31,156 bases of DNA, taken from the NCBI GenBank assembly GCA_003135555.1, contig PLCF01000054.1, positions 96,049 through 127,204 on the forward strand, in the 5' to 3' direction. Origin of the DNA: Vulcanimicrobiota bacterium (GTDB lineage: Bacteria > Vulcanimicrobiota > Vulcanimicrobiia > Vulcanimicrobiales > Vulcanimicrobiaceae). Made by a program: the position numbers and the translations under genes. The notes beneath the pieces were generated by a model. That model was not told where the DNA came from, did not search any database, and was given only the letters and a program-made list of their open reading frames with translations. Every line of letters begins with the position of its first letter. Within the stretch, counting starts at the first letter, position 1. Below are positions 17,365 to 25,093 of the stretch, in pieces.

Positions 17365-17883
17365 ATGGTACTCGCGGAGATCAACAAAGGCCGGCCGGAC
17401 GCCCTGAAGATCATCTACACCCGCGGCAATCGGACCGAGACCCTGGCGTCGATCGCGACGCTCCGGAAGATTCTCAACCGTTTCGTCGCGCACCGCGTGT
17501 TCTACGAGGTCAGCTCGCGCAACAAGCGCGGGCATGAATTTTTCTCTGCCAAGAATACCTTTGTGGTCGGCTCGATCGAGATCGTCAACCGTGACTATCT
17601 CACCATCACGATCTTCGACGCGCACAATGCATCGCACTCGATCGAGATCCTCAATCCGGCGGCGATGCGCATCTACGACGATACGCTGGGCAAGGGCTTT
17701 GCCGTGTCGTTCCTGAGCGAAGGCGCGGGCGGCGTTGAATCGCGTTGCTATTTGCGCGACGAAGGCGAAGATGGCGACACGATCAAGGAACGCAGCGAGC
17801 TCGAGAAGATCACGCTGCCGCAACTCTTCGAATACCTCGACGACATCACGTCGACCGACGTCATCGGCACCCAGACGCCGTAG
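17365..17883 (+). CDS. Hypothetical protein (172 aa)
   Basis: Strong GC3 codon bias and globular composition; family not recognised; start uncertain. Confidence 0.75.
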   Translation: MVLAEINKGRPDALKIIYTRGNRTETLASIATLRKILNRFVAHRVFYEVSSRNKRGHEFFSAKNTFVVGSIEIVNRDYLTITIFDAHNASHSIEILNPAAMRIYDDTLGKGFAVSFLSEGAGGVESRCYLRDEGEDGDTIKERSELEKITLPQLFEYLDDITSTDVIGTQTP

Positions 17884-17898
17884 CTCCGGGGACGCGCG

Positions 17899-18369
17899 TC
17901 AGCGTTTGCTGCGCGCGTCGAGCTGCGCCGCCTTGCGCAGCATCCGCACCGCCTCGGAGCGCCGGCCGCTGCGATGCAGGGCGACGCCGAGATTGTGATA
18001 CGCCGGACCGTACGCATCGTCGACGAGGATCGCGTACTCGTAGTGCGCGACGGCATCCTCGACCGCGCCGTCCTCGAGCAGCAGGTTTGCAATCGTCGTG
18101 AGCGCGGCGGCGCAGCGCGGGTTTGCTTCGAGCGCCGCGATCAGCTCCTCGATCGCCCGGTCGCGGTCGCCGCGGCGGATCGCGATGACGGCGCGCTTGT
18201 TGCGCACGGCCGCGACCTCGGCGGCCGTGGCGGCAAGCGCGAAGGCTGTTTCGAAGGCGGCTTCCGCGGCGTCGAGCCGGCCGCGCTCGAGCTCGTGCGT
18301 CCCGCGCGCGAAGGGCTCTAACGGGCGGCCGCCCGGGAGCAGCCGACGCAGACGGTCGAAGAACGCCAC
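17899..18369 (-). CDS. Tetratricopeptide repeat protein
   Basis: Repeated TPR-like helices (AVAHYEYAILVD..YGPAYHNLGVAL...EAVRMLRKA); GTG start at 18369 inferred. Confidence 0.8.
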   Translation of the reverse strand: MAFFDRLRRLLPGGRPLEPFARGTHELERGRLDAAEAAFETAFALAATAAEVAAVRNKRAVIAIRRGDRDRAIEELIAALEANPRCAAALTTIANLLLEDGAVEDAVAHYEYAILVDDAYGPAYHNLGVALHRSGRRSEAVRMLRKAAQLDARSKR

Positions 18370-19053
18370 GTGGGGGTCTTGCACGTCGACGTCGTCTCGC
18401 TCTTCCCCGAGATGTTCGCCCCGGTCATCGGCCTCTCGATCGTCGGGCGCGCGGTCGAGCGGGGCCTCGTCGCGGTGCGGATGCATCACGTGCTCGATGC
18501 GCTCGACGGCCGCGAGCGCGCCGACGAGCGGCCCTATGGCGGGGGGCCCGGGATGGTGCTGCGCCTCGAGCCGCTGGCGCGAACGCTCGATGCGATCGTC
18601 GCCGGTGCGCCACCCGGCGAGCGCCGGCGCATCGTTCTGACCTCGGCCAGCGGCCCGGTATTCCGGCAAGCCGATGCCGTCGCGTGGGCTGCGCTCGAGC
18701 GCCTGGTGCTCATCTGCGGCCACTACGAAGGCGTCGACGAGCGCCTCGCCGAGCTGTATCCGGTCGAGGAGGTCTCGCTGGGCGAGTTCGTCCTGACCGG
18801 CGGCGAGGTCGCTGCGATGGCGTTCCTCGACGCGACCGTTCGCCTCGTTCCCGGAGTCATCGACGCCGGCTCAGCCGCGGCGGACTCGTGGGGTGACACC
18901 GGGTTCGACCATCCCGCGTACACGCGTCCGCCCAGCTTCCGCGGCGTCGACGTCCCCGAGGTACTGCTCAGTGGCGATCACGCCAAGATCGCCGAGTGGC
19001 GGCGCGAGCAGTCGCGACTGCGCGCCGCAGCCCGCAACCGCTCAGATCCCTAG
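18370..19053 (+). CDS. trmD: tRNA (guanine-N1)-methyltransferase
   Basis: LFPEMF, DERPYGGGPGMV, CGHYEGVDER, SLGEFVLTGGE, YTRP, LLSGDHAKI; true start may be TTG 18379. Confidence 0.95.
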   Translation: MGVLHVDVVSLFPEMFAPVIGLSIVGRAVERGLVAVRMHHVLDALDGRERADERPYGGGPGMVLRLEPLARTLDAIVAGAPPGERRRIVLTSASGPVFRQADAVAWAALERLVLICGHYEGVDERLAELYPVEEVSLGEFVLTGGEVAAMAFLDATVRLVPGVIDAGSAAADSWGDTGFDHPAYTRPPSFRGVDVPEVLLSGDHAKIAEWRREQSRLRAAARNRSDP

Positions 19054-19081
19054 CGCTCGCCGCTGCCGGAGCTGCAATCGA

Positions 19082-19738
19082 TCATTGCGGCGTCTCGCCG
19101 GTGGCGCTCGCGGCGTGCAACTTCTCGCTCACCGCGCGGCGCGTCAGCCCCGAGCGGACCGCCGAGACGGACGCCGACGCCGCATCGTACATGACGTTCG
19201 TTCCGGAAGCGGTCGGCGCGTACGTCACCGCCAGGTTCGCGTCGAAGCGCAGCGTCGTCGCCACCCGTTTCGCGTCCTGGTTCGCGCCGAGGTACATGAG
19301 CGTCCAGCCGTCACGTTCCTTCTGCTCGATCTTCGCCGCGATCGAATCGTGCGTGTACTCCACCGACGCGTTCTCGAGCCCATCGGTCATCACCACCACG
19401 ACCACGCTGCGATCCGCGGCGCGCGGATCGGCTTCGATGCGCGAGATCGTCGAACCGACTGCATCGAACAGCGGCGTCCCGCCGTCGGGGTTGTAGTCGG
19501 CGAGCGTGAGATCGGCGACTTCTTTGAGCGGCACGCCGGCATACAACGCCCGCACCCGCGGCTTGTGCGGGTCCTGCGGCGCGTCGAAGGTCACTAGCGT
19601 GAAGAGGTCTTCGGGTCCGTCCTTGCGCTGGTCGGCGAGCCACGCGTTCGCGCCGTCGAGCGTCGACTGGCGCAGTCCGCTCATCGATCCGGATTCGTCG
19701 AGCACGAGGGCGCAGTAGAGTCGTTTCGGGTTCGTCAC
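19082..19738 (-). CDS. von Willebrand factor A domain protein
   Basis: MIDAS motifs LDESGSM, GGTPLFDA, MTDGLENAS; YLGANQDA. Confidence 0.9.
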   Translation of the reverse strand: MTNPKRLYCALVLDESGSMSGLRQSTLDGANAWLADQRKDGPEDLFTLVTFDAPQDPHKPRVRALYAGVPLKEVADLTLADYNPDGGTPLFDAVGSTISRIEADPRAADRSVVVVVMTDGLENASVEYTHDSIAAKIEQKERDGWTLMYLGANQDAKRVATTLRFDANLAVTYAPTASGTNVMYDAASASVSAVRSGLTRRAVSEKLHAASATGETPQ

Positions 19739-20019
19739 GCTTTCTTGGGGCCTTTCAGCAGCTCGCGCAGCGGCCGGAGCCGCGGCTCGGCCGCGGGGGT
19801 AGGGGCGTAGCTGATACGGGGCGCGCCTCCCGGGGTGGTCGTACGCGTCTCTTCGACGAGCCCTTGTTCCGAGAGGCTATTGAGCGCGGCGTACGCGGTA
19901 CTGCGCGCGATGCCCATCTCGCCCAGCGTCGAGGCCACGTCGGCCGGGCTGGCCTGGCCTGCTTGGTGAACCTTCCAGAGCGCCAGCATCTCGGAGAACC
20001 GCTTCGTCTCGCGTCCCAT
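19735..20019 (-). CDS. Winged helix-turn-helix transcriptional regulator
   Basis: [19 protein letters not shown]...R.SY..T wHTH pattern; stop overlaps vWA start; ATG at 20019 lies downstream of the promoter. Confidence 0.8.
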   Translation of the reverse strand: MGRETKRFSEMLALWKVHQAGQASPADVASTLGEMGIARSTAYAALNSLSEQGLVEETRTTTPGGAPRISYAPTPAAEPRLRPLRELLKGPKKA

Positions 20020-20050
20020 ATTCGGACACAATCGTATCCGGTATACGGAC
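20013..20050. promoter_or_regulatory. Two candidate operator palindromes RTCC-N7-GGAC
   Basis: GTCCcatattcGGAC (20013-20027) and ATCCggtatacGGAC (20036-20050). Confidence 0.6.
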
Positions 20051-20059
20051 GACTGTCAA
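20031..20059 (-). promoter_or_regulatory. Near-consensus promoter of the wHTH-vWA operon
   Basis: TTGACA (20059-20054), 17 bp spacer, TACGAT (20036-20031). Confidence 0.85.
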
Positions 20060-20200
20060 GCTGTTGACGCGCACCCTGCGGGGTCCGCACGATCGATCAG
20101 GCCCGCATCGTCAAACGTCTGGGATCGCTGCCGGCGCCGTCATGGACGCGGTCGGCGCCCGGCCTGCGAGCGATCCTCGACCTCGAAATGTAAGCCCGCC

Positions 20201-20229
20201 TTGCCGTGGCTGGGGGGCGATGGTACACT
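20201..20229 (+). promoter_or_regulatory. rplS copy 1 promoter
   Basis: TTGCCG, 17 bp spacer, TG-extended TACACT; both boxes identical in copy 2. Confidence 0.75.
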
Positions 20230-20287
20230 ACCCGGGTTGTCCGCCACCGCGCCCTGGGCGCGGGTTCGCCTTCGTCAGAAAGCTGTC

Positions 20288-20650
20288 ATGAACGTACTCG
20301 ACCTGATCCAGAAGGAACAGGAGAAGCCGTCGGTCCCGGAGTTCCGCCCGGGCGACACCGTCAAGGTCTACTCCAAGGTCGTCGAGGGCGGCAAAGAGCG
20401 CATCCAGATGTTCGAAGGCGTGGTGACGGTCCGCAAAGGCGGCGGTCTGGCCGAGTCGATCACCGTCCGCCGCGTGGCGCACGGCGTCGGCGTCGAACGC
20501 TCGTTCTTGCTGCACAGTCCGCGCCTCGACCGCGTCGAGGTCACCAAGCGCGGGATCGTGCGACGTTCGCGGCTCTACTACCTCAGCGAGAAGGTCGGTA
20601 AAGCGGCGCGCATCAAGGAGCGCAAAGTGGAGCGCAAGACCGCCAAGTAA
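20288..20650 (+). CDS. rplS: 50S ribosomal protein L19 (copy 1)
   Basis: FRPGDTVKV...[12 protein letters not shown]...GVGVERSF...RRSRLYYL. Confidence 0.96.
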   Translation: MNVLDLIQKEQEKPSVPEFRPGDTVKVYSKVVEGGKERIQMFEGVVTVRKGGGLAESITVRRVAHGVGVERSFLLHSPRLDRVEVTKRGIVRRSRLYYLSEKVGKAARIKERKVERKTAK

Positions 20651-20662
20651 GGCGGTCTACCC

Positions 20663-21415
20663 GTGACCCCGCTCGAACTGCTGGCGCTCATCGCGGTCTT
20701 CGCGATCGTGCGCGTGGCGATCAGCATCCGTCCCACGCCCGTCACTGCCGGCGCCGACGCCGACGCGGCGGCCGCGCCGCCGTCGAAGCGCACGGTCGTT
20801 CGCGAGTATCTCGACGCCTTCATCGTCGCCGGGCTCGTCGCGCTGTTCCTCATCACCTTCGTGATGCGCACGTTCTTCATCCCCAGCGGCTCGATGGAAC
20901 CGACGCTGCAGATTCACGACGTGCTGCTGGTCAACGAGTTCGAGTACCGTTTTACCACGCCGCACGAAGGCGACATCGTCGTCTTCCCGCCGCCGATCAT
21001 CAGCCCCAACGACTTCATCAAGCGTACGATCGGCCTGCCCGGGGACACTATCCGCGTGCACGCGGGGACGGTCTACCGTAACGGCACCGCGCTGAGCGAA
21101 CCGTACATCGCGGAAACGCCCAACTACGAGCTCGAGATCAAGAACTACGGCATTTACGTCGACGGGACGCCGCTCGATCCCACCCTGGCGAACGTTCCGC
21201 CCAGAGCGCGCTGGAGCGCCCCGGACCGCATCCCCGACGGCTGCTACCTGATGTTCGGCGACAACCGCCGGTACTCCGAAGACTCGCACATCTGGGGTTT
21301 TGCGCAGCCCGGCGGCGCCTTCGAGGCCGGCCCGCGCAAGGGTGAGAAGGCCTCGTTCACCGGCCACGCGTTCCTGCTGTTCTGGCCGCTCAACCGAATC
21401 CGGGTCCTCAAGTAA
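20663..21415 (+). CDS. lepB: Signal peptidase I (copy 1)
   Basis: IPSGSMEPTL (Ser), FIKR (Lys), GDNR..S.DS, FWPLNR. Confidence 0.95.
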   Translation: MTPLELLALIAVFAIVRVAISIRPTPVTAGADADAAAAPPSKRTVVREYLDAFIVAGLVALFLITFVMRTFFIPSGSMEPTLQIHDVLLVNEFEYRFTTPHEGDIVVFPPPIISPNDFIKRTIGLPGDTIRVHAGTVYRNGTALSEPYIAETPNYELEIKNYGIYVDGTPLDPTLANVPPRARWSAPDRIPDGCYLMFGDNRRYSEDSHIWGFAQPGGAFEAGPRKGEKASFTGHAFLLFWPLNRIRVLK

Positions 21416-21445
21416 CGAGGACTCGCTAGCTGCATCGGGGGCGCC

Positions 21446-21474
21446 TTGCCGGGGTAGGGGGGCCATGGTACACT
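21446..21474 (+). promoter_or_regulatory. rplS copy 2 promoter
   Basis: TTGCCG, 17 bp spacer, TG-extended TACACT. Confidence 0.75.
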
Positions 21475-21534
21475 ACCGGGGTTGCCCGCCGCCGCGCCCA
21501 GGCGCGGCGTCTTCGCCGTTCGCAGAGAGCTGTC

Positions 21535-21909
21535 ATGAACGTACTCGACCTGATCCAGAAGGAACAGGAGAAGCCGTCCGTCCCGGAGTTCCGCCCGGGC
21601 GACACCGTCAAGGTCTACTCCAAGGTCGTCGAAGGCGGCAAAGAGCGCATTCAGATGTTCGAAGGCGTGGTGACGGTCCGCAAAGGCGGCGGCCTGGCCG
21701 AGTCGATCACCGTCCGGCGCGTGGCGCACGGCGTCGGCGTCGAACGCTCGTTCTTGCTGCACAGCCCCCGCCTCGACCGCGTTGAGGTCACCAAGCGCGG
21801 GATCGTGCGACGCTCGCGCCTGTACTACCTCAGCGAGAAGGTCGGCAAGGCGGCACGCATCAAGGAGCGCAAAGTCGACCGCAAAGTGGAGCGCAAGACC
21901 GCCACGTAA
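21535..21909 (+). CDS. rplS: 50S ribosomal protein L19 (copy 2)
   Basis: Same protein as copy 1 except the C-terminal tail ([13 protein letters not shown]). Confidence 0.96.
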   Translation: MNVLDLIQKEQEKPSVPEFRPGDTVKVYSKVVEGGKERIQMFEGVVTVRKGGGLAESITVRRVAHGVGVERSFLLHSPRLDRVEVTKRGIVRRSRLYYLSEKVGKAARIKERKVDRKVERKTAT

Positions 21910-21921
21910 GGCGGTCTACCC

Positions 21922-22671
21922 GTGACCCCGCTCGAGCTGCTGGCGCTCATCGCGGTCTTCGCGATCGTGCGCGTGGCGATCAGCATCCGTCCCGAGACGA
22001 CCGTCGTACTTGCCGAGGGCGAGGTGCGCACAGCGCCGACACTGCGCACGGTCGTGCGCGAGTATCTCGACGCCTTCATCGTCGCCGGGCTGGTTGCGCT
22101 GTTCCTCATTACCTTCGTGGTGCGGACGTTCTTCATCCCCAGCGGCTCGATGGAGCCGACGCTCCAAATCTACGACGTGCTGCTGGTCAACGAGTTCGAG
22201 TACCGTTTCACCAAGCCGCACGAAGGCGACATCGTCGTCTTTCCGCCGCCGATCATCAGCCCCAACGACTTCATCAAGCGTACGATCGGCCTGCCCGGGG
22301 ACACTATCCGCGTGCACGCGGGGACGGTGTACCGCAACGGGGTCGCCCTCACCGAGCCGTACATCGCGGAAAAACCCAACTACGAGCTCGAGATCAAGAA
22401 CTACGGCATCTACGTCGACGGGACGCCGCTCGATCCCGCGCTGTCGAACGTTCCGCCCAGAGCGCGCTGGAGCGCGCCCGACCGCATCCCCGACGGCTGC
22501 TACCTGATGTTCGGCGACAACCGCACCAACTCGCAAGACTCGCACGCCTGGGGCTTTGCGCAGCCCGGCGGCGTCTTCGAGGCCGGCCCGCGCAAGGGTG
22601 AGAAGGCCTCGTTCACCGGCCACGCGTTCCTGCTGTTCTGGCCGCTCAACCGAATCCGGATCCTCAAGTAA
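21922..22671 (+). CDS. lepB: Signal peptidase I (copy 2)
   Basis: IPSGSMEPTL, FIKR, GDNRTNSQDS. Confidence 0.95.
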   Translation: MTPLELLALIAVFAIVRVAISIRPETTVVLAEGEVRTAPTLRTVVREYLDAFIVAGLVALFLITFVVRTFFIPSGSMEPTLQIYDVLLVNEFEYRFTKPHEGDIVVFPPPIISPNDFIKRTIGLPGDTIRVHAGTVYRNGVALTEPYIAEKPNYELEIKNYGIYVDGTPLDPALSNVPPRARWSAPDRIPDGCYLMFGDNRTNSQDSHAWGFAQPGGVFEAGPRKGEKASFTGHAFLLFWPLNRIRILK

Positions 22672-22711
22672 CGACAGGCCGCTGCGTAGGAGCGGCCGAA
22701 AGAGTCCCTCC

Positions 22712-23203
22712 GTGGTGAAGGCGCGAACGGTCGTGTCGCTCTCCGCGCAGCTGGTCGTGCTCGCGCTCATCGCGACCGCATTTTTCATGCGCACGTCGCC
22801 GGTGGACGGATTGTCGATGGAACCGCGGGTCCATGCCGGCGAGCTCGTCCTCATCAACACGTTGGCGTATCGCTTCGGCCCGCTGCGTCGCGGCGACGTC
22901 GTCGCCTTCCGCCACGACGCCGCGACGACCGAGACGTACATCAAACGCATCGTCGGGCTGCCGGGGGAGCGCGTTGCGGTGCGCGACGGCATCGTGACGA
23001 TCGACGGCCGGCAGCTCGCCGAACCGTACGTGCGCTTTCGCGACCGGCGCAGCGCCGCCGCCGTGCTCGTCCCGCAGCGCGCGTACTACGTGCTGGGCGA
23101 CAATCGCGCCGAGAGCGACGACTCGCGCAACTGGGGCGTGCTGCGCGAAGACGACGTCGTCGGCAAAGCGCTCGTCGGCATCTGGCCGCCGCGTGGGCTC
23201 TGA
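22712..23203 (+). CDS. lepB: Signal peptidase I (third, divergent short paralog)
   Basis: VDGLSMEP, YIKRIVGLPGE, LGDNRAESDDSR.WG; start at 22712 or 22715. Confidence 0.9.
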   Translation: MVKARTVVSLSAQLVVLALIATAFFMRTSPVDGLSMEPRVHAGELVLINTLAYRFGPLRRGDVVAFRHDAATTETYIKRIVGLPGERVAVRDGIVTIDGRQLAEPYVRFRDRRSAAAVLVPQRAYYVLGDNRAESDDSRNWGVLREDDVVGKALVGIWPPRGL

Positions 23204-24006
23204 TGGCGCCCGACGCCCTCAACGTCCAGATCCAGTGGTACCCCGGCCACATGGTGACGGCCATGCGCAAGCTGGGCGAACGCCTGCGCATCGTCGACGT
23301 CCTCATCGAGGTGCTCGACGCGCGGGTGCCGCGCAGCTCGTCGAATCCGGCGCTGGACCGGTTGGCTCCGCACAAGCCGCGATTGGTCATTTTAGGCCGG
23401 GAGGATCTCGCCGAACCGCGCGCGACGCGTGAATGGCTGGCGTGGTACCGCCGGCGCGGCCGAACCGCACTCGCGGTCAACGGCAAGGATCAGGGCTCGG
23501 TGAAGCGCGTCGCGGCGGCGCTCGCTGCGCTCGAGCTCGGCGGCGGGACGACGCGGGCGATGGTGGTGGGCATCCCGAACACCGGCAAATCATCGCTCAT
23601 CAACGGCCTTCTCCGTCGCATCGCGGCGAAGGCCGCCGACAAGGCCGGGGTCACCCGGTCGCTGCAATGGTTCCGCGTCGGGCCCAACCTCGAGGTAATG
23701 GACACTCCCGGAATCCTCGTTCCAAAGATCGCCACCCCGGAAGCGCAGTGGCAGCTCGCTTTGACCGGCGCGCTGCCGCGCGAGCGCTTCGATCCCGAGG
23801 AGGTCATCGCGCGCTACGTCGGCTGGTCACGCGACCACCGTCCGCGGGCGAACGTCCCCGATCTCGAGACGTATGCGCGTGCGCGCGGTTTTGCGCGCCG
23901 CGGCGGCGAGGTCGACTTGCATAACGCCGCCGGCGCGTTCATCAAAGATTTCGGTGAGGGAAAGTTCGGACGCGTGACCTTCGAAGCCGCGGAGCCCGCG
24001 GCGTGA
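23203..24006 (+). CDS. rbgA: Ribosome biogenesis GTPase RbgA/YlqF
   Basis: IQWYPGHM, EVLDARVP.SS.NP, GIPNTGKSSLIN, GVTR, DTPG. Confidence 0.93.
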   Translation: MAPDALNVQIQWYPGHMVTAMRKLGERLRIVDVLIEVLDARVPRSSSNPALDRLAPHKPRLVILGREDLAEPRATREWLAWYRRRGRTALAVNGKDQGSVKRVAAALAALELGGGTTRAMVVGIPNTGKSSLINGLLRRIAAKAADKAGVTRSLQWFRVGPNLEVMDTPGILVPKIATPEAQWQLALTGALPRERFDPEEVIARYVGWSRDHRPRANVPDLETYARARGFARRGGEVDLHNAAGAFIKDFGEGKFGRVTFEAAEPAA

Positions 24007-24758
24007 CGGCTGCCGAGGCGACGCGCCGCAAGAAGCAGCGCAATGCCACCCAGCGCGAAGGACGCCGCCTCGTTCGCTTGCACGTGTTCGAGGATCGCGC
24101 GTGGGCGTCGGGATACCGGCTCATCGGCGGGATCGACGAGGTCGGCCGCGGGCCGCTCGCCGGCCCGGTCGTCGCCGCCTGCGTCGTGACCGAGGGACCG
24201 CTCAAGCTGCGCGGTCTCAACGACTCCAAGCAGGTCGCGCCGGAGGTGCGCGAGTCCCTCGCGCTCGAGATCAAGAGCCGCTGCGTGGCCTGGGCGGTCG
24301 GCGAAGCGACGGTCGACGAGATCGACCGGTACAACATCTACTGGGCCAGCATCCTGGCGATGGAACGCGCGCTGGCCGCGCTGCACGTGCCGCCGGACTA
24401 CCTCATCACCGATGCTGTCCGCATCAAGTCCTGGAGCGGGCCGCAGGAGCCGGTCATTAAAGGCGACGCCAAGTGCGCGACCGTGGCCGCCGCTTCGATC
24501 GTGGCCAAAGTGCATCGCGACGCTTTGCTCGTCGCCTTGCACGACCGCTATCCGAACTACGGCTTCGCGCAGCACAAAGGGTACGCGTCGCCGCAGCACA
24601 TCGCGGCCCTGGCGGCTCACGGTCCCTGCGCCGAGCATCGGCGCGCGTTTTGGCGCGTGCGCGCAGCCTGGGACGCGCTGCCGGGGATGGAGCAGTTCAT
24701 CGCCGACGAGCTCGCGCTCGCCGCCGGGCCGGTAGACGCGGAGTCCGTGCCGACGTGA
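24003..24758 (+). CDS. rnhB: Ribonuclease HII
   Basis: GIDEVGRGPLAGPV, LNDSK, IKGD, AASIVAKV.RD, HKGY. Confidence 0.96.
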   Translation: MTAAEATRRKKQRNATQREGRRLVRLHVFEDRAWASGYRLIGGIDEVGRGPLAGPVVAACVVTEGPLKLRGLNDSKQVAPEVRESLALEIKSRCVAWAVGEATVDEIDRYNIYWASILAMERALAALHVPPDYLITDAVRIKSWSGPQEPVIKGDAKCATVAAASIVAKVHRDALLVALHDRYPNYGFAQHKGYASPQHIAALAAHGPCAEHRRAFWRVRAAWDALPGMEQFIADELALAAGPVDAESVPT

Positions 24759-25093
24759 CGCGGGCCGAGCGCGGTCGCGCCGGCGAGGACGCCGCGGCCG
24801 CGCTGTTGCAAGAACAGGGCTACCGCATCGTCGCGCGCAACGTGCGCGGCCCCGGCGGCGAGATCGACATCATCGCTCGCGACGGCGACACAATCGTCTT
24901 CGTCGAGGTGAAGGCGCGCTTGGGACGTACGTTCGGGAGCGCCGTGGGCGCCGTCGATGCCGGCAAGCGCGCGACCCTGCGCGCGATCGCAGGCGACTGG
25001 CTGCAGATCGCTGCCCCGCGCGCGCGGTCGCGTTTCGACGTCGTCACCTTCGAGGCCGGCCGGCCGACGCTGCACCGGGACGCCTTCGCATGA
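24755..25093 (+). CDS. YraN family (UPF0102) putative nuclease
   Basis: G..GED.A, GYRIVARN, GEIDIIA, VFVEVK, RFDVV; GTG overlaps rnhB stop. Confidence 0.9.
   Translation: MTRAERGRAGEDAAAALLQEQGYRIVARNVRGPGGEIDIIARDGDTIVFVEVKARLGRTFGSAVGAVDAGKRATLRAIAGDWLQIAAPRARSRFDVVTFEAGRPTLHRDAFA

Larger units (their letters stand above)
20197..21418 (+). repeat. Tandem duplication copy 1 (promoter-rplS-lepB)
   Basis: Alignable with 21442-22674 from CGCCTTGCCG to CTCAAGTAACGA. Confidence 0.95.
21442..22674 (+). repeat. Tandem duplication copy 2 (promoter-rplS-lepB)
   Basis: Alignable with 20197-21418. Confidence 0.95.
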
